Shown here: positions 1 through 9,962 of the stretch, piece by piece
How the letters are laid out: each line of letters begins with the position of its first letter
Position numbering within the stretch: the first letter of the stretch is position 1
IMG/VR virus record: IMGVR_UViG_3300031998_000064
Coordinates: 5,533 to 69,532 of that record
Length of the DNA: 64,000 nucleotides
Direction: 5' to 3' (one strand)
DNA from: a virus
Taxonomy: Duplodnaviria; Caudoviricetes
The notes under the pieces: model-generated
The model's input: only the letters and a program-made list of their open reading frames with translations
Databases searched by the model: none
Told to the model about the DNA's origin: nothing
Made by a program: the position numbers and the translations under genes

Positions 1-1868
1 GAAGCTTGATCAAGTGTATTAAGCAACTTCGTCGCCCATACACTAAGATTATTATTCTTAGGATCAAATGCCTTACTTAATTCCTGACGAACAGCTTCGA
101 TTTTTTCTCCAATTTGTTTTTGCAATTCTTCGGTATTAAGATTAGCTTCGCCTTCTTTTGTTTCTAAAGAGGTAAGCTGATTCATATTCTGAATAGCTTG
201 ATTTAATGTTCCCAACAATGCATCAGCCCAAGGCTTAATGCTTTCAGGATTAAACATCTTAGCATAATCATCAGCCAATGTCTTAAAAGCCTCAGAAAGA
301 TTTTTAGAAACTGACTCTTTTCCGATTTCTTTTTGCAATGACTTAAGCTGGCTAATTGAATCTTTGAGTTGATTTATGTAATTTTCAAACAAATTCTTTG
401 CAAGTTTATCCTTTAAAACTTCAATTGAATTGACTTCTTTATTACACTCTTTTATAAATGCATTAACTTTTTTCTTAAACGCATCTTGGTTCTTTTTAGT
501 TAATGTAACTTTAGGTTCAACATCAATCGGGCTATCTTGAATCTTACGAAGCTCTTCTTTTACATCAGCAACAAAACTTCTTATCATGCTTGCGGCTGTT
601 TCAGTTTGAATATCTACAGTAAACAACATAGCATTATTTACTTGCTTATTAATCCTGTCGATTAACTTTGACATATTTTCTGTCATTTCTGTATACTTCA
701 AACTTTCAGCTTCTGACATACCGCCTTCAATAGCTTCTTTTGCGGTTTGTTGCATCTTAATTAATTCTGCCTGTAATTCATTTAAAAGTTTTTGATTTCC
801 TCTTGATTGATAAGCGGAAACTAATTGAACTTCAATTCTTAATGGAGTACTTTCAAGTTCTCTATTTACATCACTAATTAATTGTAACGCTTCTTCTTTA
901 ACAGTTGCGCGAGCATAACCATCAATATGAACTGGGATAGTAATTTTATCATCTTTATTTTTAGATTGAACAAAAATCTTTGATAAATCACCACCGCCAA
1001 GCTTAGAATATTCGTTCTGTATTTCTGCCTTTCGTCTTGCAATTTCTTTTAAAATACCTTCTAAACGATCAGATATTTCTTGCTGAAGTTCGGCTAAACC
1101 TGACTTACCAATCTTGGTTTGTCCCCAATTCGCATCTAATTTCATTATGGTATTAATTAGTCTTGATGCATCAGTTCCTAATCTTGATATTTCAAGTTGT
1201 AATCCGGAAATCATTGATTCTTTATCTGCCTTTGATTTCCTTGATCTTGTAATAATATCTATTTCATTTAGCTTTTGCTTATATAAATCATATTTTGCGA
1301 TTAAATCTGTTAACGCATCTTCTGAAGACTGATAAGGTTTTGTACCTCTTTGATTTATTGTTTTGTCAAATTCTTCAGTATATTTTCTTGCATTTTCTAA
1401 CTGAACATAATAATCTTTTAGCGTTTTAAGTTGTTCTTTATCAACAAGAGTAATATTGTTGCCAAGATGAGAAATGGCTTTTACCGCATTATTTATGACA
1501 TCAACAGTATTATTAACCGTTGTATCAATTTCCTGCATCTTATTTAAAATGCCGTCACGTTTGTTTTTAGGAGTTGCCTGAAGTAGTAATTTAAATGCAT
1601 TCTGCAATTCTTTAACAGCTTTAGTCGTATCAGCTAACTGTTGCTTTGCAGCATCATCAAGAACCCCTCCGGTTATTCTATCTATTTCACTTTTAAGCTT
1701 TTTAAGTTTGTCTTTAGCGTTATCAAATTCATCTTCAAAAGCTTTAGACAAACCAATTTTATCACCAAAATCTATACCTTTTAATTGGTTTTCAATATCT
1801 TTTACGTAACTTTCGACATCTGTTTTAAAACCAATATCAATTAAAATTCCGTGTTGTTTATCTGCCAT
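1..1868 (-). CDS. Probable tape measure protein, N-terminal part (runs off the window edge)
   Basis: Open frame from ATG at 1868 (MADKQHGILIDIGFKTDVESYVKDIE...) after a GGAGG RBS, with no stop to the window edge. Long helical K/E/Q/L-rich sequence at the distal end of the tail operon. Absent from the ORF track because it is truncated. Confidence 0.6.
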   Translation of the reverse strand, partial: MADKQHGILIDIGFKTDVESYVKDIENQLKGIDFGDKIGLSKAFEDEFDNAKDKLKKLKSEIDRITGGVLDDAAKQQLADTTKAVKELQNAFKLLLQATPKNKRDGILNKMQEIDTTVNNTVDVINNAVKAISHLGNNITLVDKEQLKTLKDYYVQLENARKYTEEFDKTINQRGTKPYQSSEDALTDLIAKYDLYKQKLNEIDIITRSRKSKADKESMISGLQLEISRLGTDASRLINTIMKLDANWGQTKIGKSGLAELQQEISDRLEGILKEIARRKAEIQNEYSKLGGGDLSKIFVQSKNKDDKITIPVHIDGYARATVKEEALQLISDVNRELESTPLRIEVQLVSAYQSRGNQKLLNELQAELIKMQQTAKEAIEGGMSEAESLKYTEMTENMSKLIDRINKQVNNAMLFTVDIQTETAASMIRSFVADVKEELRKIQDSPIDVEPKVTLTKKNQDAFKKKVNAFIKECNKEVNSIEVLKDKLAKNLFENYINQLKDSISQLKSLQKEIGKESVSKNLSEAFKTLADDYAKMFNPESIKPWADALLGTLNQAIQNMNQLTSLETKEGEANLNTEELQKQIGEKIEAVRQELSKAFDPKNNNLSVWATKLLNTLDQA

Positions 1869-1872
1869 ATCT

Positions 1873-2433
1873 TTATCCTCCTATGGTTAAAGTTTTATAT
1901 ATCTCACGATCTGCCCTTGCAAATCCATCTTTCATATACACATCCTTATGTTTTACAAACGTATCTCTTGATGCAAAAATCTCCTCTAATGGTGAGGGAT
2001 CCATAACAGGAGGGATCACACTAAAAGAATACGGTTCATATATCATTCCACTCCTTTGATTTACTCCACCAAATGCTGATGCCACACCATGGAATCCATG
2101 ATAAACCATATCAAATACCTGTTCTTTAGGATCTTGATAATAATCTTCCATGCTTTCCGGTGAAAGTTCAACACCGCCTCTAATAATCTGATTATGTTTA
2201 TTTTCATAAAACTTCTTAAATGAACGTTTTCGAAAATTGTCATAATGCCTATTATAATATATAGGATCATAATCCTGATAAAACATTTCTATAGCGATAG
2301 CCGCACTTGTAGTTATATAATCTCTTGCCTTAGTAGCCATCCCTATGCAAAAATTTTTTCCATAATTTTTTAAATCTTCATAAAGTTTATCAGATATCTC
2401 AATAGTCTGATTATAACTTGTTTTCTTTCCCAT
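1873..2433 (-). CDS. Hypothetical virion/tail-associated protein
   Basis: ORF track 1873..2442. Likely start MGKKT at 2433 after a GAGGTG RBS. Directly upstream of the tape-measure-like gene. Confidence 0.6.
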   Translation of the reverse strand: MGKKTSYNQTIEISDKLYEDLKNYGKNFCIGMATKARDYITTSAAIAIEMFYQDYDPIYYNRHYDNFRKRSFKKFYENKHNQIIRGGVELSPESMEDYYQDPKEQVFDMVYHGFHGVASAFGGVNQRSGMIYEPYSFSVIPPVMDPSPLEEIFASRDTFVKHKDVYMKDGFARADREIYKTLTIGG

Positions 2434-2464
2434 CAATCTCACCTCTGTTTATAAATTATTGTAG

Positions 2465-2507
2465 TGGGAGAGTAGCGACTCGAACGCTACATTACCGTTG
2501 TTCTCCC
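2465..2507 (-). ncRNA. Mini tRNA-like element (acceptor stem + T-arm, no D-stem or anticodon arm)
   Basis: Minus strand reads GGGAGA-ACAACGGTAAT-GTAGCG-TTCGAGT-CGCTAC-TCTCCC-A: 6 bp acceptor-like stem, 6 bp T-stem, canonical TTCRANY T-loop. Confidence 0.6.
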
Positions 2508-2510
2508 TTG

Positions 2511-2538
2511 AAAAAAGACGCAAGAATAATCTTGCGCC
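2511..2538 (-). terminator. Intrinsic terminator
   Basis: Minus strand GGCGCAAGA-TTAT-TCTTGCGTC followed by TTTTTT. Confidence 0.7.
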
Positions 2539-2623
2539 TTAACATTACGGTAACGGCAATCACCGTCACCTCAGCCTTTTCCACGCAAAGGATGGATAGG
2601 CAAAAACTGTTGAAATTTTGGTT

Positions 2624-2716
2624 TTAAGGTGTTTTAGGTGTTGTCGCTTCACCTATCATCATGCGGTTGTTATCGGGAGATATTGTTGAGCCATAGTTAT
2701 ATGTATTCCCAAACAT
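2624..2716 (-). CDS. Possible 30 aa peptide (MFGNTYNYGSTISPDNNRMMIGEATTPKTP)
   Basis: AGGTGA RBS 7 nt upstream and the same strand as its neighbours. Very short. Confidence 0.3.
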   Translation of the reverse strand: MFGNTYNYGSTISPDNNRMMIGEATTPKTP

Positions 2717-2766
2717 TCCACATCACCTTCTTTCCTCTCCTAAAATGGTTATTTTATGGGGTTACA

Positions 2767-5700
2767 CTAACGATAGTAAATATATATGTCAGCAGATGAA
2801 GTTACATCAGTATCATTTGCATAAACATTCCCTATTTTTATAATACTTTTAGTCGCTATTAATGATGCACCATACTTTGTTGTACTGGTTAAATATGCGC
2901 CATTTCTGAATCTTTTTTCTGAATCTGTTAAATATATTTTGGGTATATTAAATATAAACATATTATCATTATAATCTATAATAGCGCATATTTCATTATA
3001 TTTTGATGGTAAAGTAATATCAACACTTCCATTTTTAAATGCTAAAGGTTTCCATGATAAAAAATTATCACTAATCAGATTCACCGTTTCACTTAACTGT
3101 TCAACATCCGCATGAGTAGCCAATTCGCCGTTGTGGTAAGCCAACTGAATCTGTGAGCCGTTAGTTGACACATAATTATATCCCGATGAAAGTGCGATTT
3201 CATGCGGGGTTAACTGAATGTAAAATGGAGTGGTCAATGGATAAATAAGTTTTGTTCCTGTCAACGCCGTTTTCAGAGATGCTTCATCCGTGTATCGGCT
3301 ATCTCGAATATAAATATTGGAATTTCTTGCCGATATTTGTGCGTCCGTTCTGTCGCTATCAATATATGCTTTTCCGCTTGTTTCGTAGCACTCACAAAGC
3401 CAATTTAAACTTGCTATACTTGCCGTCATGTCTGAAACGGATGAACTATATCTTTCGTATGTACTATTGTAACTATACGCTAAATCACCCATATCCTTTT
3501 CGCCATGTGTAACCTTAAACTTACCCGTTCTAACATCCAATTCACCATAATACACCGTCTGCCCCAAACTCTCCGATAAATCTGTGGTTTTATGGTATGG
3601 TTCATAGGTGGTAGCACTTGCTGATTCTTCAAGTTGAGTATTTGAAATTTGTGAAGGTGTGATAGTGCTATCATCATTAAATGCTACTCCTATTATGCAA
3701 TAATTTGCATTAGCGGGTGTTGTGATAGTTCTATTATTTCCTGATACATAACCGTCAGCGCTTATGTATGATGGAGAACCATAGGCATTAGTTATAAACC
3801 ATAAAAAAGCAATTTTTAAATTACTACCTGTTACACTGAACGTATACTGTGTACTAGGTTTAACTCTAATAAAATCATTAGACGCTAATCTCCATGTTGA
3901 AGCTTCTGGAACACCATCTGAAAAAGCTCTCTGTACAAAATTTCCATTACAAAGATTCTTCCCACACGATAAAACCTCAATTTTATCATACCCACTGATT
4001 GCCCGTACATTGCTCGGTGACGGTGTTCCACTTCCTGCCTGTATCGGCTCAAAGGTGATTATCGGGTTTTTAGCTATCTGTGCCGATTTGAGGTTTGCGA
4101 TTGATATGGGATTGCCACTTGCACTTGTGGTGGTCATATCACCCGAAATGCCTGAATCTGTGAGGTTGCCGCTAGCATTTAGTCCGGCTATATTTCCATT
4201 CGTAGGTGATGTTACCTTATCAGCTTTTCCGCTAATATCCTGATGTTGTGTCAGATAATCGCTATGCTTATGACCACTATCAACAAGATTTCCGTTTGCA
4301 TCAAGTCCGGCAAAATTACCCGAAGTAGCCGAAGTAACCTTGTCGGCTTTGCCTGTTATATCGGGTATCTGACTTGTAGTAGCGTAGCTGTTAGTATCAA
4401 CACTACCATCGTTCTTCATAAGACCACTTGTAGATGACTTTTGGATATAATTTGACAAATCAACCATACCCGAAAGTAAGTCAAACTTATATGAAGCGTT
4501 GTTCTGCGTACCAACATCCACGATAACTACGTTGTCACCGATTTCTATGGTTTTTCCTGCGCCTTCAACGAAATCACTTGTAGTCACACCGCTATCGGTC
4601 ATGTTGTAAACGTTGCCAAGATTACTTACAATCAGCAAAGCAGGTAACAACTCGGCACAAGTTTTGTTACCAGATGGCTTATAAACACCGCTTATGGCAC
4701 TATCAACGTAATCGTGTACCGCATCCGAAGTAACCAAATCGGATGAACCGTCAACTACAGAATTAACATAATCTTTGGCAGATGCCGTTCCGAGCGTAGG
4801 CTTATTCTTAATAAAATCAACCTTTGTATTATCGCTCTGATTCCAATCGCTTTGAACCTGTGCGTCAGGAATGGTTGGCTTGTCGGAAAGATCATTGTAA
4901 GAACCACTAAAATCAGATTTTCCGTTCCAAGTAGTTTTCTCTGTGTCGGTTACAAGCCTGTGAGTGCTATCATCGTTCAAGTCAGCCAAATCATCAGGAA
5001 TAGTAGGCTTATTAGTCAAATCCTCATAATCACCGCTAAACAAAGCCGTATCATCGGGTAAAGCACCTACATCCTCGGCATCAAGAACAACTACACCTGT
5101 CTTGCCATTTACTGAATCTACGGCACCGCCACCGCTACCACCTTGAATAGCATAGTTAGTACCGTCAATACCTATGCTTGTAAGGCTTGCCGTTGTGTTG
5201 CCGGGATTCGCTACAACACTCGGTATGGTAGGTTTATTTTGAATATAGGCATCTGAATCTGTATCGGTTTCATTCCAATTAGATTGCACGTTTGCCTCGC
5301 CTGCACTCCAAGCTGTTTTTTCAGTATCTGTAACAGTTCTATGTGTTGAATCATCAGATAAATCGGAAAGAGCTGTGGGAATAGTAGGTTTGTTTTTAAT
5401 ATAATCCTTTTTAGTATTATCACTTTGATTCCAATCAGATTGAATTTGTGCGTCCGGTATGGTAGGCTTATTCTTAATATAATCAACCTTACTGTTATCG
5501 CTTTCATTCCAATCTGCTTGCACTTGTGCATCAGGAATCGTAGGTTTATTTGTTAAGTCAGTATACGAACCCGAGAAGTCGCTTTTAGCATTCCAATTTG
5601 CCTTTTCAGTATCTGTTACTAATCTGTGAGTACTGTCATCACTTAAGTCCGCTAAATCATCAGGAATACTTGGCTTATTAGTAAGATCCGTGTACGAGCC

Positions 5701-7236
5701 ACTAAAATCACTCTTAGCATCCCATGTTGATTTTTCCGTGTCTGTAACAAGACGATGTGTACTGTCATCAGATAAATCAGACAAAGCTGAAGGCACATTA
5801 CTTACATCAGCTTTTGCGTCAAGCTGATCTTGTACATTCGACTCTATACCGCCAAGAGTATTAAGTTCTGATACTGTAGCGGTTAGTCCTGTTAATGTAG
5901 TTGCTTCATCAGAAGCATTTACAATACCGTCATTATTAGTATCATAAATCTCTTTTAACATATCGCCAGTAGAAGTTCCGCCACCTCCACCTGACGAATT
6001 GATCGTAACTTTCTTGTTAACTGTATCGGGAACAAGCGTTACGTTAGTTCCGGCAACAAGTTCAAGAACATCTTCACCACTTGCCGTTATTTCAGTACTT
6101 GCAATTTTGATTTTCTTATAGGCATCACTAACTGTACCGCCACTTTCATTTGCGTTTTCAAACTTTTGTGTAGTAGAGTTATACTTTAATATCTGACCAT
6201 TCTGAATATTGCTGATACTGATATCATCTAAATCAGTTAGCTCATCAGGTATACTTGGCTTATCTGTAAGGTCATTATATGATCCACTAAAATTAGACTT
6301 ACCATTCCACGTAGACTTCTCCGAATCGGATACAGTTCTATGCCCCGAATCACTTTGAAGATCTGCAAGGTTAGGCTTATTAGTCAAATCAGCATAAGAT
6401 CCACTAAAATCTGACTTCCCATTCCATGCTGTCTTCTCAACATCGGTTACAAGACGATGAGTTGAATCATCATTTAAATCTGCTAAATCATCCGGTATAT
6501 CGGGTTTATTAGTTAGGTCATTATAATTACCGCTAAACAACGATGGTTTGTTTTTAATATAACTACCATCTGTAGGATCTGTAGTATTCCAGTCTGCTTG
6601 AACATTCTCTGCAGGATTATTCCAACGTTCTTTATCTGCATCAGTTACAAGCCTATGTGTAGAATCGTCTTGAAGGTCTGCCAAATCCGTAGGTACTGAG
6701 CTTTGTGTAGCAAACAGATTGTCAGCCTCAGTTTTTGAATATGTCTCCGTTTTAGAATAATAATTCGCAACCAAATGATCTATAGTTTCATATCCTATAT
6801 CATCATAAAGTTGCGAAAACTTTGTTGGTATATCAATACCTAATTGAGCCGTAGTTTTATTACCTTCAAGTGTCACACCATTAATTTGAGGTTTATTAAC
6901 TAATTGCCCATATTCATTGATGCCAACTTGTTTAACTATAAACTTATCGTCAGCATAGTTTACATTATATAATCTTACCCATTCACCATCTTCAATTCCG
7001 ACAATCTGTCCGACATAAGTATCGGTATTAAGATTAAGATTATATTCAGCTACTACAACACTTGGATACACATCAAGCCTACACTTCATTCTTATTAAAG
7101 ACTTATCCTCTTTAATAAAGACAACTTCATGTGTATCCTTGGTATATACGGTGTCATAGGCGTTTAGTTTCCCGCTTTCAAGTCTGTCAGCTATATCGGC
7201 AAAATTCATATAGCCCGGTTTATTTCTGTCAGCCAT
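2767..7236 (-). CDS. Large repeat-rich tail fibre / minor structural protein (1489 aa)
   Basis: 7 copies of DLxDDSTHRxVxDxEKxxW(xxKSxFSGxYxDLxxKP), 5 copies of VQxDWNxxDxxxxxYIxNKP, 2 copies of GKADKVTSxxxGNxAGLxxxGNLxDSG, a GDMLKEIYDTNNDG motif and a beta-rich C-terminus. Located in the tail region. Confidence 0.7.
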   Translation of the reverse strand: MADRNKPGYMNFADIADRLESGKLNAYDTVYTKDTHEVVFIKEDKSLIRMKCRLDVYPSVVVAEYNLNLNTDTYVGQIVGIEDGEWVRLYNVNYADDKFIVKQVGINEYGQLVNKPQINGVTLEGNKTTAQLGIDIPTKFSQLYDDIGYETIDHLVANYYSKTETYSKTEADNLFATQSSVPTDLADLQDDSTHRLVTDADKERWNNPAENVQADWNTTDPTDGSYIKNKPSLFSGNYNDLTNKPDIPDDLADLNDDSTHRLVTDVEKTAWNGKSDFSGSYADLTNKPNLADLQSDSGHRTVSDSEKSTWNGKSNFSGSYNDLTDKPSIPDELTDLDDISISNIQNGQILKYNSTTQKFENANESGGTVSDAYKKIKIASTEITASGEDVLELVAGTNVTLVPDTVNKKVTINSSGGGGGTSTGDMLKEIYDTNNDGIVNASDEATTLTGLTATVSELNTLGGIESNVQDQLDAKADVSNVPSALSDLSDDSTHRLVTDTEKSTWDAKSDFSGSYTDLTNKPSIPDDLADLSDDSTHRLVTDTEKANWNAKSDFSGSYTDLTNKPTIPDAQVQADWNESDNSKVDYIKNKPTIPDAQIQSDWNQSDNTKKDYIKNKPTIPTALSDLSDDSTHRTVTDTEKTAWSAGEANVQSNWNETDTDSDAYIQNKPTIPSVVANPGNTTASLTSIGIDGTNYAIQGGSGGGAVDSVNGKTGVVVLDAEDVGALPDDTALFSGDYEDLTNKPTIPDDLADLNDDSTHRLVTDTEKTTWNGKSDFSGSYNDLSDKPTIPDAQVQSDWNQSDNTKVDFIKNKPTLGTASAKDYVNSVVDGSSDLVTSDAVHDYVDSAISGVYKPSGNKTCAELLPALLIVSNLGNVYNMTDSGVTTSDFVEGAGKTIEIGDNVVIVDVGTQNNASYKFDLLSGMVDLSNYIQKSSTSGLMKNDGSVDTNSYATTSQIPDITGKADKVTSATSGNFAGLDANGNLVDSGHKHSDYLTQHQDISGKADKVTSPTNGNIAGLNASGNLTDSGISGDMTTTSASGNPISIANLKSAQIAKNPIITFEPIQAGSGTPSPSNVRAISGYDKIEVLSCGKNLCNGNFVQRAFSDGVPEASTWRLASNDFIRVKPSTQYTFSVTGSNLKIAFLWFITNAYGSPSYISADGYVSGNNRTITTPANANYCIIGVAFNDDSTITPSQISNTQLEESASATTYEPYHKTTDLSESLGQTVYYGELDVRTGKFKVTHGEKDMGDLAYSYNSTYERYSSSVSDMTASIASLNWLCECYETSGKAYIDSDRTDAQISARNSNIYIRDSRYTDEASLKTALTGTKLIYPLTTPFYIQLTPHEIALSSGYNYVSTNGSQIQLAYHNGELATHADVEQLSETVNLISDNFLSWKPLAFKNGSVDITLPSKYNEICAIIDYNDNMFIFNIPKIYLTDSEKRFRNGAYLTSTTKYGASLIATKSIIKIGNVYANDTDVTSSADIYIYYR

Positions 7237-7248
7237 TTCAACACCTCC

Positions 7249-7809
7249 TTAAAGTACTATCTTAAGACCATTCTCGTCTATATTTGCAACCTTGGCGGCT
7301 TCAATATTCAGCCTCTGATTAATATCAGCAATCTGAGCTTCAATCCTTGCAAGGTCACTTTGGTCGATACTACCCGTCATTTCATCAGAATTATAAATCG
7401 GAAGTTTACATATCTGAGTTGTCAGCATATATACCTTATCAACTTCATCAATAGTCTCAACCTTTGTAAAGGTTAACTTAAGACATACATACCCAACAAT
7501 GGATGTGAGAGTAGTAGTAATCTGTATTCCGTATGATATATAATCATCATTATAAGGCTCTTCATCCATGACCAATGTTTGAGAACCTATTGTTTCATCA
7601 GGTAACATATATGTCAGTACAACATTAAATTCACTAAGATCAATACCCTCGTAAAATTTAGGTACCAAAACCCTAAGCGGATTCATAAGCGAGTCATACT
7701 GATATATAGGTACGATGTTTGTGAGGCGGATTGTTTTGTCCTCACGCATAAGAACATTCATCATGTCAATTAATCCTTTCTGCAAGTTGGGGGCGTTCAA
7801 TAGTTGCAT
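7249..7809 (-). CDS. BppU-like baseplate upper protein N-terminal domain protein
   Basis: YQYDSLMNPLRVLVP...DLSEFNVVLTYMLPD...YGIQITTTLTSIVGYV pattern resembles BppU N-terminal domains; adjacent to the fibre gene. Confidence 0.45.
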   Translation of the reverse strand: MQLLNAPNLQKGLIDMMNVLMREDKTIRLTNIVPIYQYDSLMNPLRVLVPKFYEGIDLSEFNVVLTYMLPDETIGSQTLVMDEEPYNDDYISYGIQITTTLTSIVGYVCLKLTFTKVETIDEVDKVYMLTTQICKLPIYNSDEMTGSIDQSDLARIEAQIADINQRLNIEAAKVANIDENGLKIVL

Positions 7810-8863
7810 GACATAATACCATTGCCCTCATCTCGTCAACTTCTCGTATAGTTCCCTTTGTGTAATATTCTCCGGTTACTATATCCCAATAATCTTCAAT
7901 TACTTTTATCTTAACAATCTGTGGTTTAAATAAAGGTTTAGCAACCTTAACAGGATCGCCTAACTTTTCAAACCATTGATTTAGTATATCCTCTTTATCT
8001 TCAGACCACTTGACCTTAGGAATCCTGTTATATATTTTTTGTATATCAATACCTTTCATATCAAGCGGTACTTTATAACCCAAAACTCCATCCTTAATGT
8101 AATCAAAGCCCGGAATATCTGTTACAATGACAGGAGTTCCAACTGATAAAGCTTCTCTTACCGCAAGACATAAAGCTTCCGTATCGCTTAATTGTACAAG
8201 ATAATCAGCATCAGCTATCCAATCAATAACATCATAACAAGGTTTCATTACAATAACTTCGGGATATTCTACACTTAAATCAAATTTATCATTGGTAAAT
8301 ATTTTCCAATCAAACTTAATATTCGCCTCCCTTAAAAGAGCCATAAGTTGATATATTCGGTTCTTACCCTTTTCGATAGACAAACGTGTAGCTGATACCA
8401 AATGTAATACTTTATTTGGCTTAAAATCTGGTTGAAGTGTTCCCTCAATCACATCACATTTACACTTAAATAAATCAGCAAACGAATCTCTTGCAAACTT
8501 ATTGATACATATAAACTCATGCCCGATATGGAAACTTGGTTTCACATTTGCTATTCTCATATAATCCTTATAATCACAATGTATGATTGAATATGTTTTC
8601 TTGGCCTTAATATTCTGAGGATAATCAACCCAAGAAGCCGTGTTATTTACGGCAACATCACACACATATTCTTTCTTAGGATCAAGCTTTTCTAAATGTG
8701 CATACGGAAATAAATGAGCCGCCTGATCCGTATCTATTTCTTCATAAAGGACAGTAATATCATAATAGTCCCTCAACGAATAACAAAAATTATAAAGAAA
8801 GGTTTCAACTCCACCAATCTTATATATCTTTCTGTGAAATAATATTATTTTTTTCTGTTTCAT
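7766..8863 (-). CDS. Glycosyltransferase (GT-B/GT4-like)
   Basis: N-terminal IGGVETFLYN, SATRLSIEKG, and ADYLVQLSDTEALCLAVREALSVGTPVIVTD (EX7E-like signature). Confidence 0.85.
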   Translation of the reverse strand: MKQKKIILFHRKIYKIGGVETFLYNFCYSLRDYYDITVLYEEIDTDQAAHLFPYAHLEKLDPKKEYVCDVAVNNTASWVDYPQNIKAKKTYSIIHCDYKDYMRIANVKPSFHIGHEFICINKFARDSFADLFKCKCDVIEGTLQPDFKPNKVLHLVSATRLSIEKGKNRIYQLMALLREANIKFDWKIFTNDKFDLSVEYPEVIVMKPCYDVIDWIADADYLVQLSDTEALCLAVREALSVGTPVIVTDIPGFDYIKDGVLGYKVPLDMKGIDIQKIYNRIPKVKWSEDKEDILNQWFEKLGDPVKVAKPLFKPQIVKIKVIEDYWDIVTGEYYTKGTIREVDEMRAMVLCHATIERPQLAERIN

Positions 8864-9962
8864 CCTTTTTATCCTCGTTAATCCATAAAACTCTTAAAAC
8901 TGCCTCAACAGTATCATCTATATCTTTTATTGTTACGTTTTTAGATAATGAAAATCTCACAGCATTACGAGCCGTTTCTTCTGTATATCCCATTGCTAAC
9001 ACAACGTGTGACGGCTCTGCTTTAGCACAAGCTGATCCCGCAGACGCCATAATCCCAAATTCATTAAGCTTTGCTACCATTGGTCTATCAAATGACATAT
9101 AAACATTATTAGGCAATCGCTTTTGTGTAGAGCCAAGTATCCGACCATAAGGTTGAAGTCGATGCATAAGCATATCCCTCATATCTTTCATTTTTGTATT
9201 ATCTCTATCAAGGGTTTCAAAAGCTGTCTTAAGACAAGCAATTCCTAACACGTTTTCTGTCCCACCAACTAATCCTTGTTCTCCGAATATCACAGGATCA
9301 ATCTCAATACCATGCTTAATATATAAAAGACCTGTCCCCTTGATACATCCGATTTTCTGACCGGACATACTAAATGCATCAACATAAGACAAGTCGATAG
9401 GATAGTAAGGTATATATTGAGTTACATCACTATGATAAATACCGCCATATATGTGAACAAGTTTACTTATCGTGACATAATCCTGAATAACACCACACTC
9501 ACCGTTAGCCATTTGAATAGAGCATAAAAATTCTCTTTCATCTTTTTTCATTTGCCAACATATATTCTCAAGTGCACCCTCACAAATTGTTCCATCTTGA
9601 TATACAGGAATTTTATATACCTCTCGCCCATGAGCCTTAAGATAGTCAGCAAGTAGCAAAATATCTTTATGTTCAATTTCTGACACCACAAGAGCGGCAT
9701 TAGGATGCTTATTCATATAACCTTGTATAAATATGTTATTACTCATAGTGGCTCCAGACGTAAACAAAATTTCATCGTCTTTATCCGCACCAAGTAACTG
9801 TCTTATAGACTCCCTCGCACCAACCACAACTTTAAATGCCTCACGTCCATATGTGTGAATAGAAGAGGGATTACCATAAGTAAACAGCATATCGCTTAAT
9901 GTTTTTATAACATCAGGAGAAGGACAAGTTGACGCAGCATTATCAAGATATACCATCATCAA
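8820..9962 (-). CDS. iscS: Cysteine desulfurase (IscS/NifS family, PLP-dependent)
   Basis: YLDNAAST, GNPSSIH, FTSGAT, MANGECG, SGQKIG (PLP lysine; Q in place of the usual H), GGTENV and SAGSAC (catalytic Cys). Confidence 0.9.
   Translation of the reverse strand: MMMVYLDNAASTCPSPDVIKTLSDMLFTYGNPSSIHTYGREAFKVVVGARESIRQLLGADKDDEILFTSGATMSNNIFIQGYMNKHPNAALVVSEIEHKDILLLADYLKAHGREVYKIPVYQDGTICEGALENICWQMKKDEREFLCSIQMANGECGVIQDYVTISKLVHIYGGIYHSDVTQYIPYYPIDLSYVDAFSMSGQKIGCIKGTGLLYIKHGIEIDPVIFGEQGLVGGTENVLGIACLKTAFETLDRDNTKMKDMRDMLMHRLQPYGRILGSTQKRLPNNVYMSFDRPMVAKLNEFGIMASAGSACAKAEPSHVVLAMGYTEETARNAVRFSLSKNVTIKDIDDTVEAVLRVLWINEDKKDETEKNNIISQKDI

Noticed and set aside
2767-7236. Diversity-generating retroelement target in the fibre gene
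   Set aside because: No reverse transcriptase and no adenine-specific TR/VR repeat pair were visible in the window; the repeats are internal protein modules.
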